In this document: positions 11,487-23,535 of the stretch, piece after piece
Layout: each line of letters opens with the position of its first letter
Numbering within the stretch: the first letter of the stretch is position 1
Translations under genes and position numbers: made by a program
Origin: Laetmonice hystrix
Taxonomy: Eukaryota
Direction: 5' to 3'
DNA: 64,000 nt
Assembly (NCBI GenBank): GCA_965235115.1
Contig: OZ249442.1
Span: 11,594,001 to 11,658,000 of the forward strand
Notes under the pieces: generated by a model
The model's database searches: none
Told to the model about the DNA's origin: nothing
What the model saw: the letters and a program-made list of their open reading frames with translations, nothing else

Positions 11487-13527
11487 CAAATTTTCAGATA
11501 CATTTTTAGGAAGTTCGCTACCGTACGGATACACAGAAAGGACACACAGTGCATATTTCGTCTGAAGTTATAACTGCATCTGTTTGGCCTCACCCCCCCC
11601 CCTTGCACCCTACCCCCTCCTTCACTCCCTCCCCCCCCCCCCCGACACACACACCCTCTTTCCCGTCGCCGGCTTGATGTCTATTCTTCTGTTGACGGCG
11701 GTCTGTCGGCATGCTCTGGTTCCCCAACCATTAATCACCAAGGTCAACTCTGTGTCCCTACACCTTCCATTACATCTGTGTCGTCTTTGTCCCCCTTTTT
11801 ACAAGTAAGGCGCACATATTACATATTGATTACATGCTCCATATAATTGTGAGAACTATAAACACACTTATTATGATAGACAATGCATAGTTACTCCTGG
11901 AACAACACAGTGACCCAGGTAGTGTAGCTGATTGGAGCGCGGTAAAAACGACTTCGACGTTTTACACTTCATCTGTTGCCATCAGGGAAACTCGCTTTAT
12001 CAGTGGCTAATTTGATCGTGGGGGTGGGGGTGGAACACCCCCCCCCCCCCTTGGAATTCACATAATCTACTGAGGCCTCGTTTGGGTATTTCATTCAAGG
12101 CATTGTCTGTTCTAGGATCTGTGCAATAAAACACTGTCCATTATCATCTCCACTTTATCCGGGATACCATACGGTATGAGTATTTGCTGTCTGGTTCGTC
12201 AGGAAAATAAAGTGGGCAGTTCGGGGTATTCCCCATGATGGGGTTAATATAACTTTGGACCAGGAAAAATAATAGATTTTTACTTTTTAGGGCCAATTTT
12301 ACATGTTATAACGGAGAATCCATCGCCGCTTGCAATCGACCCGACATTATAAGCCTATTTCCCTGTGTGTACACCCGACAAAAATATTGCAACATGCACT
12401 CTTTAGAAGTGCTCGGTATGTATGGTCATACTCGTTGGTATAGTCTAGCTTTGTGCAGTCCTGTCGTGTCTTGTCAGAACTTATTAGAATTGTCTGTTCA
12501 CACCTGTAGATCTTGTATTGTATCGTTCATGTGTATTGATACTCTCTATGTATGCATGCATATATAAATGGAAAAGAAAAAATACTTTTAAAAAACCAAC
12601 AACCTACTTGGGGTGAGCAATAACCGCTTTTTTATTTTTTTTATTTTTTGTTTGTGTGTGTGTGTGTGTGTTTTTTTTTATGTTTTTTTTTTATCGCCAG
12701 TATGTTGTAGATAGGGCCAATAGTTAGGTATTATGTATACATATGTATGTTATATTAATCCAACCTGATGGTTGCTAATAAAAACTTATCTTATCTTATC
12801 TTATCTTATCTATCTTATCGTAATCTGTGTAACTTTTCCAGATACACCGATTTCAACATGTGGCGGAACAGTAAGGGCTGGCTCCTTGTAATACGCCGTC
12901 TAGTTGCTTCGCATTGTATTTATCGGGTCTCACTCAAAAGCAAAGCAATTAGTACAGTTGTATCAAAAGTTAAACAGATACCACCTCCCTTGTTTGATAA
13001 ATTCGTTTCTCTGGATATCTCCCTCACGAGTCGCCCCTCGTGTCTCTCCCTTTTCCTCTGATTTCGCCGTGAAGATGATATTACCGACACGGCCCACACT
13101 CACTCATATTCTCACACTGCCCGTGTCACATAAAGTCATGTCCCCATATAGAGGTCAATGAATCCCGTCTCAGAGTGCCTACGTGATCTCGGCCTACTTT
13201 TAAAACATTTGCTTCTCCTCCGACATATTGTGACGACCCGGCCTCGTCGTGTTTGCGTCACGGATGGGTTACCGTATCTTGTCCGCATTCCTTAAAATCT
13301 CAACTTTACCGATAAAAGCCTTGTTTACGACCAAATTTGTTCTTGTTTTTGTACCTCGTGATGCACAGAATGACTGTATCACCACCTCAGTTTAAGAAAA
13401 TTGAAGAAAAAAAACCTTTCGATCTTATTTTGTTCCTAGACGACTATATTTAAAAGCAATGGAAAGGCAACGACAGACATGTCCGGTTTTGTTAAGCAGT
13501 CACCTGTGTCTTCCGCCCGCCCCTGTC

Positions 13528-13611
13528 TATAAAAGGCTAAACCCAACCAACCTGACCACTTGAGATCCGGGGAACAGTAGCGCGTGCACCGTCTTCAGTT
13601 AATCTCGCAAG
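13528..13611 (+). promoter_or_regulatory. TATA box and non-coding first exon of secreted gene B
   Basis: TATAAAAG at 13528-13535; strong donor AAG|GTAAGT after 13611; acceptor tttcaacag at 14123, 18 nt before the ATG. Confidence 0.6.
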
Positions 13612-14140
13612 GTAAGTCGCATTACAAGCACACCCTGGTCGACATTTTTGTGGGAGTATTAAGTGTAGGAGGCCATGGGAAGATATGCCACAGTTTGGAA
13701 AACTTTGGAAAACATTTAGGTTTGAAAAAGTTGGTACAACTCTAAGCTGGTGTAGATTTCTAACTAACGGCTTATTTATCTCTCTCAGCCTTATCTCTCC
13801 GACGGACATCCTTATAGCATTTATCGAATTTACTACGGTAACGTTTAATGACTGAGTACAATTTCTATAAGTAGCATGCATACTCAAAAAGTGAGGAGGA
13901 GAGTTCAGCGAGGTTGAAAGATGCCTTGCCAAGATGGGAAGTAAATTGAATTTGGGAAAGAATTTGCTGCGGCATGTTATACTTTAACTTCGAAGTGTGA
14001 TAACCGGTATCTTCTTTCACATGCAACAAAAAGTGAAATGTTATAACTTAACACATGTTGCTGTCAGTGTGAAATGTTCATTCTAATTTTTGATAGAAAA
14101 TGTGTTCTCTTCAATTTCAACAGAGCAGACGCCGTTGACA

Positions 14141-17100
14141 ATGAGGACCTACGTGTGGCTAGTGGTGGCCATGGTTGCCATCGTTACTGTGGCAGCAGAA
14201 CCGAACGCCGATCTCCTCAAACGGTTGGTGAACGCCCTCGAGGTGAAGGATGCAGGTGAGTGTTTCATTGGTCGACAGGCCCGCATGATAATAGCATTTC
14301 ATCGAAACAACACGCCAGAACGGACGCGCAATATCTTTGCTGTACTACTTTATCTCTGTGACAGCCTTATCTCTACAACGGACAACCTTATCTCTGTGAC
14401 CGACAGCCTTATCTCTCCGACGGACAACCTTATCTTTGTGACCGACAGCTTTATCTCTCCGACCGACTACTGACAGCCTTATCTCTCCGACGGACAACCT
14501 TATCTTTGTGACCGACAGCCTTATCTCTCCGACGGGAAACCTTATCTCTGTGACCGACAGCCTTATCTCTCCGACGGGAAACCTTATCTCTGTGGCCGAT
14601 AGCCTTATCTCTCCGACGGACAACCTATCTCTGTGGCCGACAGCCTTATCTCTCCGACGGACAACCTTATCTCTGTGACCGACAGCCTTATCTCTCCGAC
14701 GGACAACTCTATCTCTGTGACCGACAGCCTGATCTCTCCGACGGACAACCTTATCTCTGTGACTGACAGCCTGATCTCTCCGACGGACAACCTTATCTCT
14801 GTGACTGACAGCCTTTTCACGCTGACCGAGAGCCTTAGCTCTTTAACAAATAGCTTTATGAAATGCCATGTGCCCTCAACCATACAGCATGTGAGTGTGA
14901 CGTCTGTTGCACATTGTTCCGTTGCCTTTCCTCATGAATTCCCAGGGACAGTTTTTGCTTCCGTCAAAACTCGAACATGGTGGTAAAAAACGTTATCTTG
15001 CCGCTTGCATCGATAACAGTCGTTATCCTTACCAGAAAGCTTTTAATAGCTTGTATTAGAAGACTTTAGGGAGAGGTCTTTCAGGAGGAACGTATAGGAC
15101 CAACACGTCCCTTGTGGGATGTGATGCAACAAGCTATTTGACCTTTGTCACCTTGTTTTCATATCAAACACTTACAAACGACATATATAAAAATACATGC
15201 ACTATAGGGACAGGAAACTATGTGGCTAAAAATACCCGCCATATTAGCGTCAGTTGACTGCTACGAGCCCTGACCCTTTTCAGTACTGAACGAACTCGTC
15301 CGAGAGTGAAAAATTCAAGACCATTCACAAATACGGGAATAGGGTATGAGCATTAGAGAAATTAAATGAAGAGAAAGGAAAAGTTAAAGTAGTAGAATGG
15401 AGTATAGGTAGAAATTAAAGCTTTATAGTCATGGTTTTTTCTTGGAGAGGGGTGGGTGGGCGAGGGGAGGTTAGACTTTAGACTTAAGACGCCAAGTCCT
15501 GCTGTGTCAGATACGGTTCTGTGTGCCCGTCGGCGTCAGCTCGGTCATGGTGGAGTGGGTACTGACTGTATCAACAAGTCGAGGACAGTTTGGGGTCACA
15601 TCACCCACCGCACAATGATCAAATTATACATGCACGCATGACGGACCACTCATCACGCGGTCTGTACATCCACATGGCCCTGCCGTAGTCAACCGTCACA
15701 CCGGTAATATTCGGTGTACGTGCAGGGCTGCATGATGGTGGGGGTGGTGGTGGGGGTGGTGGTGGTGGTGGGGGTCATGGAGAGGGTGGGGTGAAGTGGG
15801 GTGAGGTGGTCGGGGGTGATTCTCACGGGGTGGATATTAACAGAATCTTTACACATGCCCTGTGAGTGTAACTTACCTGGATTAACAGGATCTTTACACA
15901 TGCCCTGTGAGTGTAACTTACCTGGATATTAACAGGATCTTTACACATGCCCTGTGAGTGTAACTTACCTGGATATTAACAGGATCTTTACACATGCCCT
16001 GTGAGTGTAACTTACCTGGATATTAACAAGATCTTTACACATGCCATGATATTGGTTCTATCCGAAAGTATCTCTAAAGCTTTCATAATATTTTATCTAC
16101 CTAAGATTGGTCCAAAATGGACAATTCAAATAGAAGATAGAACTAAAAAAAAATACATAAAAAAGAGAGAAAGTAGGAAATACAACAACCAAGGGCATTG
16201 CCTTAAAAACGTGTTACATTAATAGCACATAAAATTAGGTATACCTTGGGTGTCCAAAACTTTTGAGAGCGGTATTAGAGTCGCGCTCCCACCGCGCGAT
16301 CTTTTTTTTTACAGTCAGCCGAAAATTTGAGTTCGCCGGATATCTTTGTACGAGTCATGTTCGGTCGGTTGATTATCGCCCTGTACTTGGACTCTCCCAC
16401 TGTACGATTATCGCCCTGTACTTGGACTCTCCCACTGTACGATTATCGCCCTATACTTGGACTCCCCCACTGTATGATTATCGCCCTATACTTGGACTTT
16501 CCCACTGTACGATTATCGCCCTGTACTTGGACTCTCCCACTGTACGATTATCGCCCTATACTTGGACTTTCCCACTCTACGATTATCGCCCTATACTTGA
16601 ACTTTCCCACTATACGATTATCGCCCTGTACTTGGACTCTCCCACTGTACGATTATCGCCCTATACTTGGACTTTCCCACTGTACGATTATCGCCCTGTA
16701 CTTGGACTTTCCCACTGTACGATTATCGCCCTGTACTTGGACTCTCCCACTGTACGATTATCGCCCTATACTTGGACTTTCCCACTGTACGATTATCGCC
16801 CTATACTTGGACTTTCCCACTGTACGATTATCGCCCTGTACTTGGACTCTCCCACTGTACGATTATCGCCCTATACTTGGACTTTCCCACTGTACGATTA
16901 TCGCCCTGTACTTGGACTCTCCCACTGTACGATTATCGCCCTATACTTGGACTTTCCCACTGTACGATTATCGCCCTATACTTGGACTCCCCCACTGTAC
17001 GATTATCGCCCTATACTTGTACTCCCCCACTGTACGATTATCGCCCTATACTTGGACTCTCCCACTGTACGATTATCGCCCTATACTTGGACTCTCCCAC

Positions 17101-19587
17101 TGTACGATATGCGCGTTAATTTCGGTCATTTTGATCAGATATGGTGGAGATATGTAATGTGGACGGCGGGCTATACGGGAGGGGGGTGTATTGGCGGACT
17201 TGTGAGTGTTTTCATGTCTACGTGTAGAAAGTTCACAAAATTATGTTTTTATCATTTCCAATGAACGTCAGGTTTGCCCGACAGGCGGGTAGCAATATGA
17301 AACGATACAATATTTAGTCATAAAAATAAAACATGTATTGGGGTTGCGTAATGAACTTTGTGTATATATATAAGAATCAGAATGCAATATAGGATAAATT
17401 TGGGTTGCTGAAAATATAACATATAGGTGCATGCTAACCACGGTCGATTCCTGTGTTTGTAGGCCTATAAGGCTATATGTGCCTTATATAGCCTCATGCC
17501 TTCTTTACATAACAGGATGGGATACTAGTCCCATAGCTACATCATATTGCCCTCCAGAACTATCTCACTTGAAGACTCCCATTACATGTATATTGATACC
17601 CACGAGTAGAACGGGTCAACTGTTATTGCGCCATCCCGTGATAGGCCTAGTCGAATGAATCGTGCTCGGACCCAGGAAATTTACACCTGTGTGCTATAGG
17701 ACAAATAACTCTTGTTTTGACCCGGAGGCCCCCTCCATGTATGCAACCAGACGAATTGTCTTGTGAATTGCACCCGGAGTCAGGATTCTCTGCATACCAT
17801 GACACCACCAACACTAAACTGTTTTGCCCTCAGAGAAACGGAGCATGCAGCTGATGAAGTACGACGCCGGCACAGGGAATCTGAAGATCCAGTTCCAGGT
17901 TTGCGTTCAGGGAGATCGCAGTAAACAACCCTGCCGTCCCGGTATTCAAGGCCATTACTGGGAGATCGTCGAGCTGAACAAGGACGGATCCGTCTCCATG
18001 GTGAGTGTGACGCCGGTGTCGCGGTCTCATCTTTCCGCCGGTGTCCCGGTCTCATTTTTCCCCCGGTGTCGCGGTCTCATCTTTCCGCCGGTGTCGCGGT
18101 CTCATCTTTCCGCCGGTGTCGCGGTCTCATCTTTCCGCCGGTGTCGCGGTCTCATCTTTTCGCCGGTGTCGCGGTCTCATCTATCCGTCGGTGTCCCGGT
18201 CTCATCTTTCCGCCAGTGTCGCGGTCTCATCTTTCCGCCGGTGTCGCGGTCTCATCTTTCCGCCGGTGTCGCGGTCTCATCTTTCCGTCGCTGTCCCGGT
18301 CTCGTCTTTCCGCCGGTGTCCTGGTCTCATCTTTCCTACTGTTAGGACGCTGCATCTGAGTATATTAAGTGTGTGTGTCGCCGTTTGGGCTTCACCACTC
18401 GGCAGACATACAGACTTCAGTCAAACTTCTGGGAACTTGGACCGCGGAGAAATGACACCGTGACACATGCAGGTCGTAGATTATACACGTTGCGTTTTAT
18501 AGACCCGACACGTCTATCATGCAATATCGTGTGATATCGGGTCGGCTCGTGTCGCAACGTATAAGCTCTCACATTAATCATATCTATTAATTCTACAAGA
18601 AAACTAATGGGAATTATTGAAATATGCCTATACGTAGGAAATGTTGTATTTAGAACGTTTACCATAATCTCAAAGTTATTTAATGAGTATTTCTTTTCTG
18701 GAGTCTTGTACAAAAAGTAAGATATAAATTTCCAGAATGTATCTCTTTTCAGATCAAATCCGGCAAAACGACGAAATATATGGTGGTGGACCCTACCCTG
18801 GGGGGCCAAGGTTTCTCTGAGGTCATCAATGCCAACTTTGACCCCAAGAAAAGATACAGGGTGACAGCGTGCGAAGCTCCTAAGCTCGGCCAGGGTTACG
18901 ATAAATGTAACATGGTCGAGTTTGTCGCTGGACGGAGCGGTACCTTCTTCCCGACTAGTGGTAAGAAACAACGTCAGGCCTAATGTCCATACCACACTGA
19001 CAACGTCAAGCCTAATGTCCATACCACACCAACAATTGTTGCGGACCTAGTGGTGAGCTGACCCCGCGCGGCGCGCGGGCCAGTCCCATCACTAGATCCG
19101 GGTGCTGGCCCTTGTGGTGCGCTGGCCCGCGTGGTGCGCACCACCAGGGCAGCCCTAGTGAAGGGAGGTGCGACTCCGCTCTAACTTGCCCATTCCAGTA
19201 AATATGTTTCAGCTGTATCTTCCCTAGCACTCATTAGGGGAAGCAAAGGTAATTGTACATATAGTTGGAACATTCCAACACGTTTAACTTCAATTTCAGG
19301 ACCTCTTTTCCACATGCTTCATGTGTAAAGTCCTATGCAGCACCAGGGCCAGCCATCACTAGGGCCAGCACCCGGACCTAGTGGTGGGCTGGCCCTAGTG
19401 CAGGTGCCTGCAGGTGCAGGTGTATAAAATAGTGCATTCTGGGTCAATTTGAGGGGTTGAAACGTTTTGAAAGAGGATTACATTTCGATTACATTTTCAA
19501 AGTTTCCATCTGGTGATATATGTTTCTCTCGCCCTCTTTTTTTCTCCAGCAAAAGCGCGCCCAAGTGGAGGAAATAACGCCGTCTAG
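14141..19587 (+). CDS. Secreted prepro-protein B, paralog of A (175 aa predicted)
   Basis: Exons 14141-14255, 17834-18000, 18753-18960, 19550-19587; GT-AG, phases 1,0,1; ends TAG TAA TGA. Signal peptide, LLKRLVNALEVKDAEKR pro-region, 4 Cys. Shares FQVCVxGDR, GHYWEI, KYMV, FDPKxRYxVxACE and CN motifs with A. Confidence 0.87.
14349..14815. repeat. 42-bp minisatellite (2x21-bp subunits), about 11 copies, gene B intron 1
   Basis: Unit ccttatctctgtgaccgacagccttatctctccgacggacaa; a lone partial copy lies near 13790-13810. Confidence 0.95.
15832..16045. repeat. 47-bp minisatellite, about 4.5 copies
   Basis: Unit ggatattaacaggatctttacacatgccctgtgagtgtaacttacct. Confidence 0.95.
16371..17107. repeat. 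35-bp minisatellite, about 21 copies
   Basis: Unit gattatcgccctatacttggactctcccactgtac; source of the spurious 333/276/150-aa ORFs. Confidence 0.97.
18011..18335. repeat. 25-bp minisatellite, about 13 copies, starting 10 nt after the gene B exon 2 donor
   Basis: Unit cgccggtgtcgcggtctcatctttc. Confidence 0.95.
19042..19402. mobile_element. GC-rich inverted-repeat element in gene B intron 3
   Basis: ggccagtcccatcactagatccgggtgctggcc (about 19078) is the reverse complement of ggccagcacccggacctagtggtgggctggcc (about 19362). Confidence 0.55.
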
Positions 19588-20215
19588 TAATGAGGGTCAT
19601 TCCGTGAACACCATGGACTTAACCCTGCAAGATCTGCTTCCATCGCCACCTTGTTGCTACGAAGGAATACCATGTTTCGTCGAGATATGACTTGTCTGCC
19701 GTGAGCTATCTTTGGCAAACTGCCAGGAGGGAGTTGACAAATGACGAGTTACGTAAAACGATGACTCGACAGAAACAATTATGAAAATGGGGCAACAAAA
19801 ACAGAGCATGGATTACGTGATATTGATTAATTAAATTAACTTGATTGCTATCAGAGGTTACGATGAAATCTAAACAGACTTTCTGATCATTTTGACGAAC
19901 TGTTTACAGATTGGATCAGTGTACTTGTATTGGCATTGTAAACGAGTTCTGAAAGATTAAAACGAGACAAGAAGTCCCGAAATACAAGACATTAAACAGT
20001 GTTCTATTGTCTCTGTTTTTCTTCTTAACCAAACTACCATCCTTTATAGCCTCTTAGAATTTATTCGGGGGTGCGGATGGGGGGGGGGGGGGGGTGCCAT
20101 CTTCTTGTTTTACCAAAACTGTCTTTTTATGGAGCATTTTATTATGACTTAGAATTTGCAAAGACTAAAGTGAGGCATGTAGGAGCGCCAGTCGTCTACG
20201 AATAGAGTCTACGGC

Positions 20216-20793
20216 ACACGCCTTATCCAGACCGCCGCCAGAATATCATCACTCTGAATCAGAGAGACTATAGGCTGATCTCTGAAAGAGGGAGATTCTA
20301 AGACGAATACGGAACACACCTTACCCAGGCCGCCGCCAGGACATCACCACTCTGAATCAGAGAAACTATAGGCTGATCTCTGAAAGAGGGAGATTCTAGG
20401 ACGAATACAGAACACACCTTACCCAGGCCGCCGCCAGGACATCACCACTCTGAATCAGAGAAACTATAGGCTGATCTCTGAAAGAGGGAGATTCTAGGAC
20501 GAATACAGAACACACCTTACCCAGGCCGCCGCCAGGACATCACCACTCTGAATCAGAGAGACTATAGGCTGATCTCTGAAAGAGGGAGATTCTAGGACGA
20601 ATACAGAACACACCTTGCCCAGGCCCCCACCAGAACATCGTCACTCTGAATCAGAGAGACTAGGCTGATCTCTGAAAGAGGAGGATTCTAGGACGAATAC
20701 GGAACAAACCTTACCCAGGCCGCCGCCAGAACATCATCACTCTGAATCAGAGACACTATAGAATCTAGGCTGATCTCTGAAAGAGGGAGATTC
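20216..20793. repeat. 98-bp tandem repeat, about 6 copies
   Basis: Unit recurs at 98-bp spacing (acatcaccactctgaatcag at 20341, 20439, 20537). Confidence 0.95.
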
Positions 20794-20927
20794 TCGGATG
20801 CGTGATCGCATAGTTGTGAGGAGTGTTTTTCTGACAGATTTCGAGACATCGTTCATTTATCAAATATAGTGTTCCCCGTCTTCCTGTGTATCACTCAGTG
20901 GTCCCCAACCTTTTTCGTGTGGTCCCT

Positions 20928-21984
20928 CACTCGGCTCACCCACGATTGACACTCGGAACACCGACGCTGCTTCTGATTGGCTGTTTCTAGGTCATATCCG
21001 GAGGCGAAGCAGGCCTCGGATGTATGAAGCGGCCATTTTCCCGTTTTTCGTGCAAAGTAGTGTAAAGCGGTCGCACATGAACACAGAGAGTAAATAGTCG
21101 ACCCCTACGCACAGGCACATAGGCCTAGTTCAAATATAATTTCTCAGCATACCTGTACCTCGAATTTTCTATCGTGGAGACAAAACAGTCTCTTCTTCAC
21201 CTGGGAGGAAACCCAGATATTCTGACTTTGTATAAAGTCCGACACTAGGGAGTTCTACATTTTCGGCACGGCGGCAGCGCGCGAGTTTGTTGTTTACATC
21301 CGGGTCAGCGGTCCCGACCTAGCCACCCACCCACCCCACCCCCCAGCATGGGAACCTTCGTCGTACAGCCGAGATATGACGGAGTCAATCGTGGGTGAGC
21401 CGAGTGCCACGATTGACTCGCGTCATATCTCGGCTGTAGCCTACGACGAAGGTCGCCATGCTGGGGGGTGGGGTGGGTGGGTGGCTAGGTCGGGACCACT
21501 GACCCGGATGTAGACAACAAACTCGCGCGCTGTCCCGTGCCAAAAATGTAGAACTCCCTAGTGTCGGACTTTACAAAGTCAGAATATCTGGTTTTTCTCC
21601 CAGGTGAAGAAGAGACTAGCTGTTTTATCTCCACGATAAAAAATTCGAGAAGGAAAGGTATGCTGAGAAATTATATTTGAACTAGGCCTATGTGCCTACA
21701 GTGCGTAGATTATCGGGTCGACTAGGCCTATTTACTCTGTGTTCATGCGCGATGCCGCTTCACTGGGGTTCGCACAAATCCAATCGGAACGACCGAGCCA
21801 TTTCCGGTTTACTTTCCTTTCGGGAACCGGATATGACCTAGAAACAGCCAATCAGAAGCAGCGTCGGTCGTTCCGAGTGGCACAAATCCTGGGAAAATGG
21901 CCGGTTCCATACATCCGAGGCCTGCTTCGCCTCCGGATATGACCTAGAAACAGCCAATCAGAAGCAGCGTCGGTGTTCCGAGTG
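20928..21984. mobile_element. Non-autonomous DNA transposon (CACTCGG...CCGAGTG ends, 10-bp TSD) carrying an inverted second copy of itself at 20950-21406
   Basis: Outer TSD tgtggtccct at 20918-20927 and 21985-21994; inner TSD ccacgattga at 20940-20949 and 21407-21416; the two halves are reverse complements. Confidence 0.85.
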
Positions 21985-23299
21985 TGTGGTCCCTCTTTCA
22001 GTAAGAGGTCCAGTGAAATCCCCCATAACCCCCCCCCCCCCCGAATATCTATTAAATAGGCCTAACTAAATAAAAGCATCTAAAAATAAATTTATTAGAC
22101 ATCTTTTTAAATAGATAAATAAAAATCGCTTGATGATATACACAGCCCCCTAGCGTGATAATAGTGCGTCAGGACGTCGTAGTTCTTTCATCCGCCACCA
22201 GAGGTCGTACCTGTATGATGATTACATACTTCGGCCCAGTTGTGACAGCATATTATTACCACTATGTGCAGTGTTACCAGAGGTTCACATCACTTTCCCC
22301 AATCATTAATGGAAAGAGGCGGGCTTCAAACGACGTTTGAAAGTCGTCCCTTTTTGAAGGCTGCGTGTGTGTGACCGTTTGAAGTGCGTCCCTTTTCACG
22401 TTGTTTACATCCGATAGGTGGCGCGATTGAACACACCACTATCGCCCCACCTGTCGCAGGGTGTCCAAGATTTGACGTTGTTTACTCAGTGACGGAGCCT
22501 GGACTAGGCCCCCTAGGCCTAAGTTGTTCGTTTACATTCATTTAATCATGATGTCTGGGATAATCGCAGTGGTAATAACAGAGATGCCAAGTTATTGAGC
22601 CCTGAAAGAGTGAGATTCCAAGTACTGTCGGCGTGTCCCACCTGCCTTCGGCCGCCACCCTTCAGGAGGAGGGGGTCTTGGGGCACGTTCCGGACTTAAT
22701 TTTCAAATTTTTGAAAATTAATCACTAAATTAATCACTGTCCTTTGGTTTGAAGCCCTCGCTTCGCTCGGGCTTCAAACCAAAGGACAGCCTTCAAACCA
22801 AAAATGGCGGGCTTCAAATGAGCACAACGCCCAGCAAAATCATATTATTGTTATATTATATCTGGCCTAACAATCATAATTTTGGGGGCGTAGTTTCAAT
22901 TTCACGTATCAAAAAAGAAGCCATTTTTCGCTTATCATTGCATAAACCTGTCTCTCCCCTAAGCGCCACAGGTGCCTGCCAGCCCGGCCAGGAAAACGTG
23001 GTGATTCCACCGGTAGCCGGAAGGTGGCAGTGCAGTCGGAGCCGCCGCTTCAGTACAGCACCCTGGCGTTTGCCTGCAACATTTCTGTAATATTTTTTTA
23101 CTTGGGGATGGGATAGCCTATCTGATATAGGCAAGGCGTACAACGTCATTTGCCATTGTTAATTAAACCTTTACGGCAAACAGCCGATTAGATGGGAGCA
23201 AATGATATACGAAACGTATGGCCTGCCTCCTTATAAATAAAGGCATGGAAACATGAGGCGTCCCTATACCTCTGGCTACTGTTGTAGCTATACACGCCA

Positions 23300-23535
23300 A
23301 CAGCACAGTGAGGCCAAAGAGTACAGGGAGGTCAAACAGTACAGTGAGGAATCCCTCCAAGGTACTGGCCGGCCTAGTACCCAAGCAAACACTACAGTGA
23401 GGCCAAACAGTACATTGATTTGAGGCCAAACAGTATACTGTGCATGAGGTCAAGCAGTGTGGGAGGCCAAACAGTACAGTGAGGAGTCCCTACATTCTAC
23501 CGGCTGGCGTAGTACCCATGCAAACAGTACAATGG
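23300..23535. repeat. Degenerate tandem repeat of about 18-bp aacagtacagtgaggcca subunits
   Basis: Visible periodic acagtacagtgagg motif with a higher-order duplication. Confidence 0.7.

Noticed and set aside
16263-17264. 333-, 276- and 150-aa ORFs
   Set aside because: Stop-free 35-bp minisatellite; unit length is not a multiple of 3; lies in gene B intron 1.
18041-18463. Arg/Ser/Cys-rich ORFs
   Set aside because: Translations of the 25-bp intronic minisatellite.
18417-19022. 201-aa minus-strand ORF
   Set aside because: Antisense shadow of gene B exon 3 plus intron; no motif.
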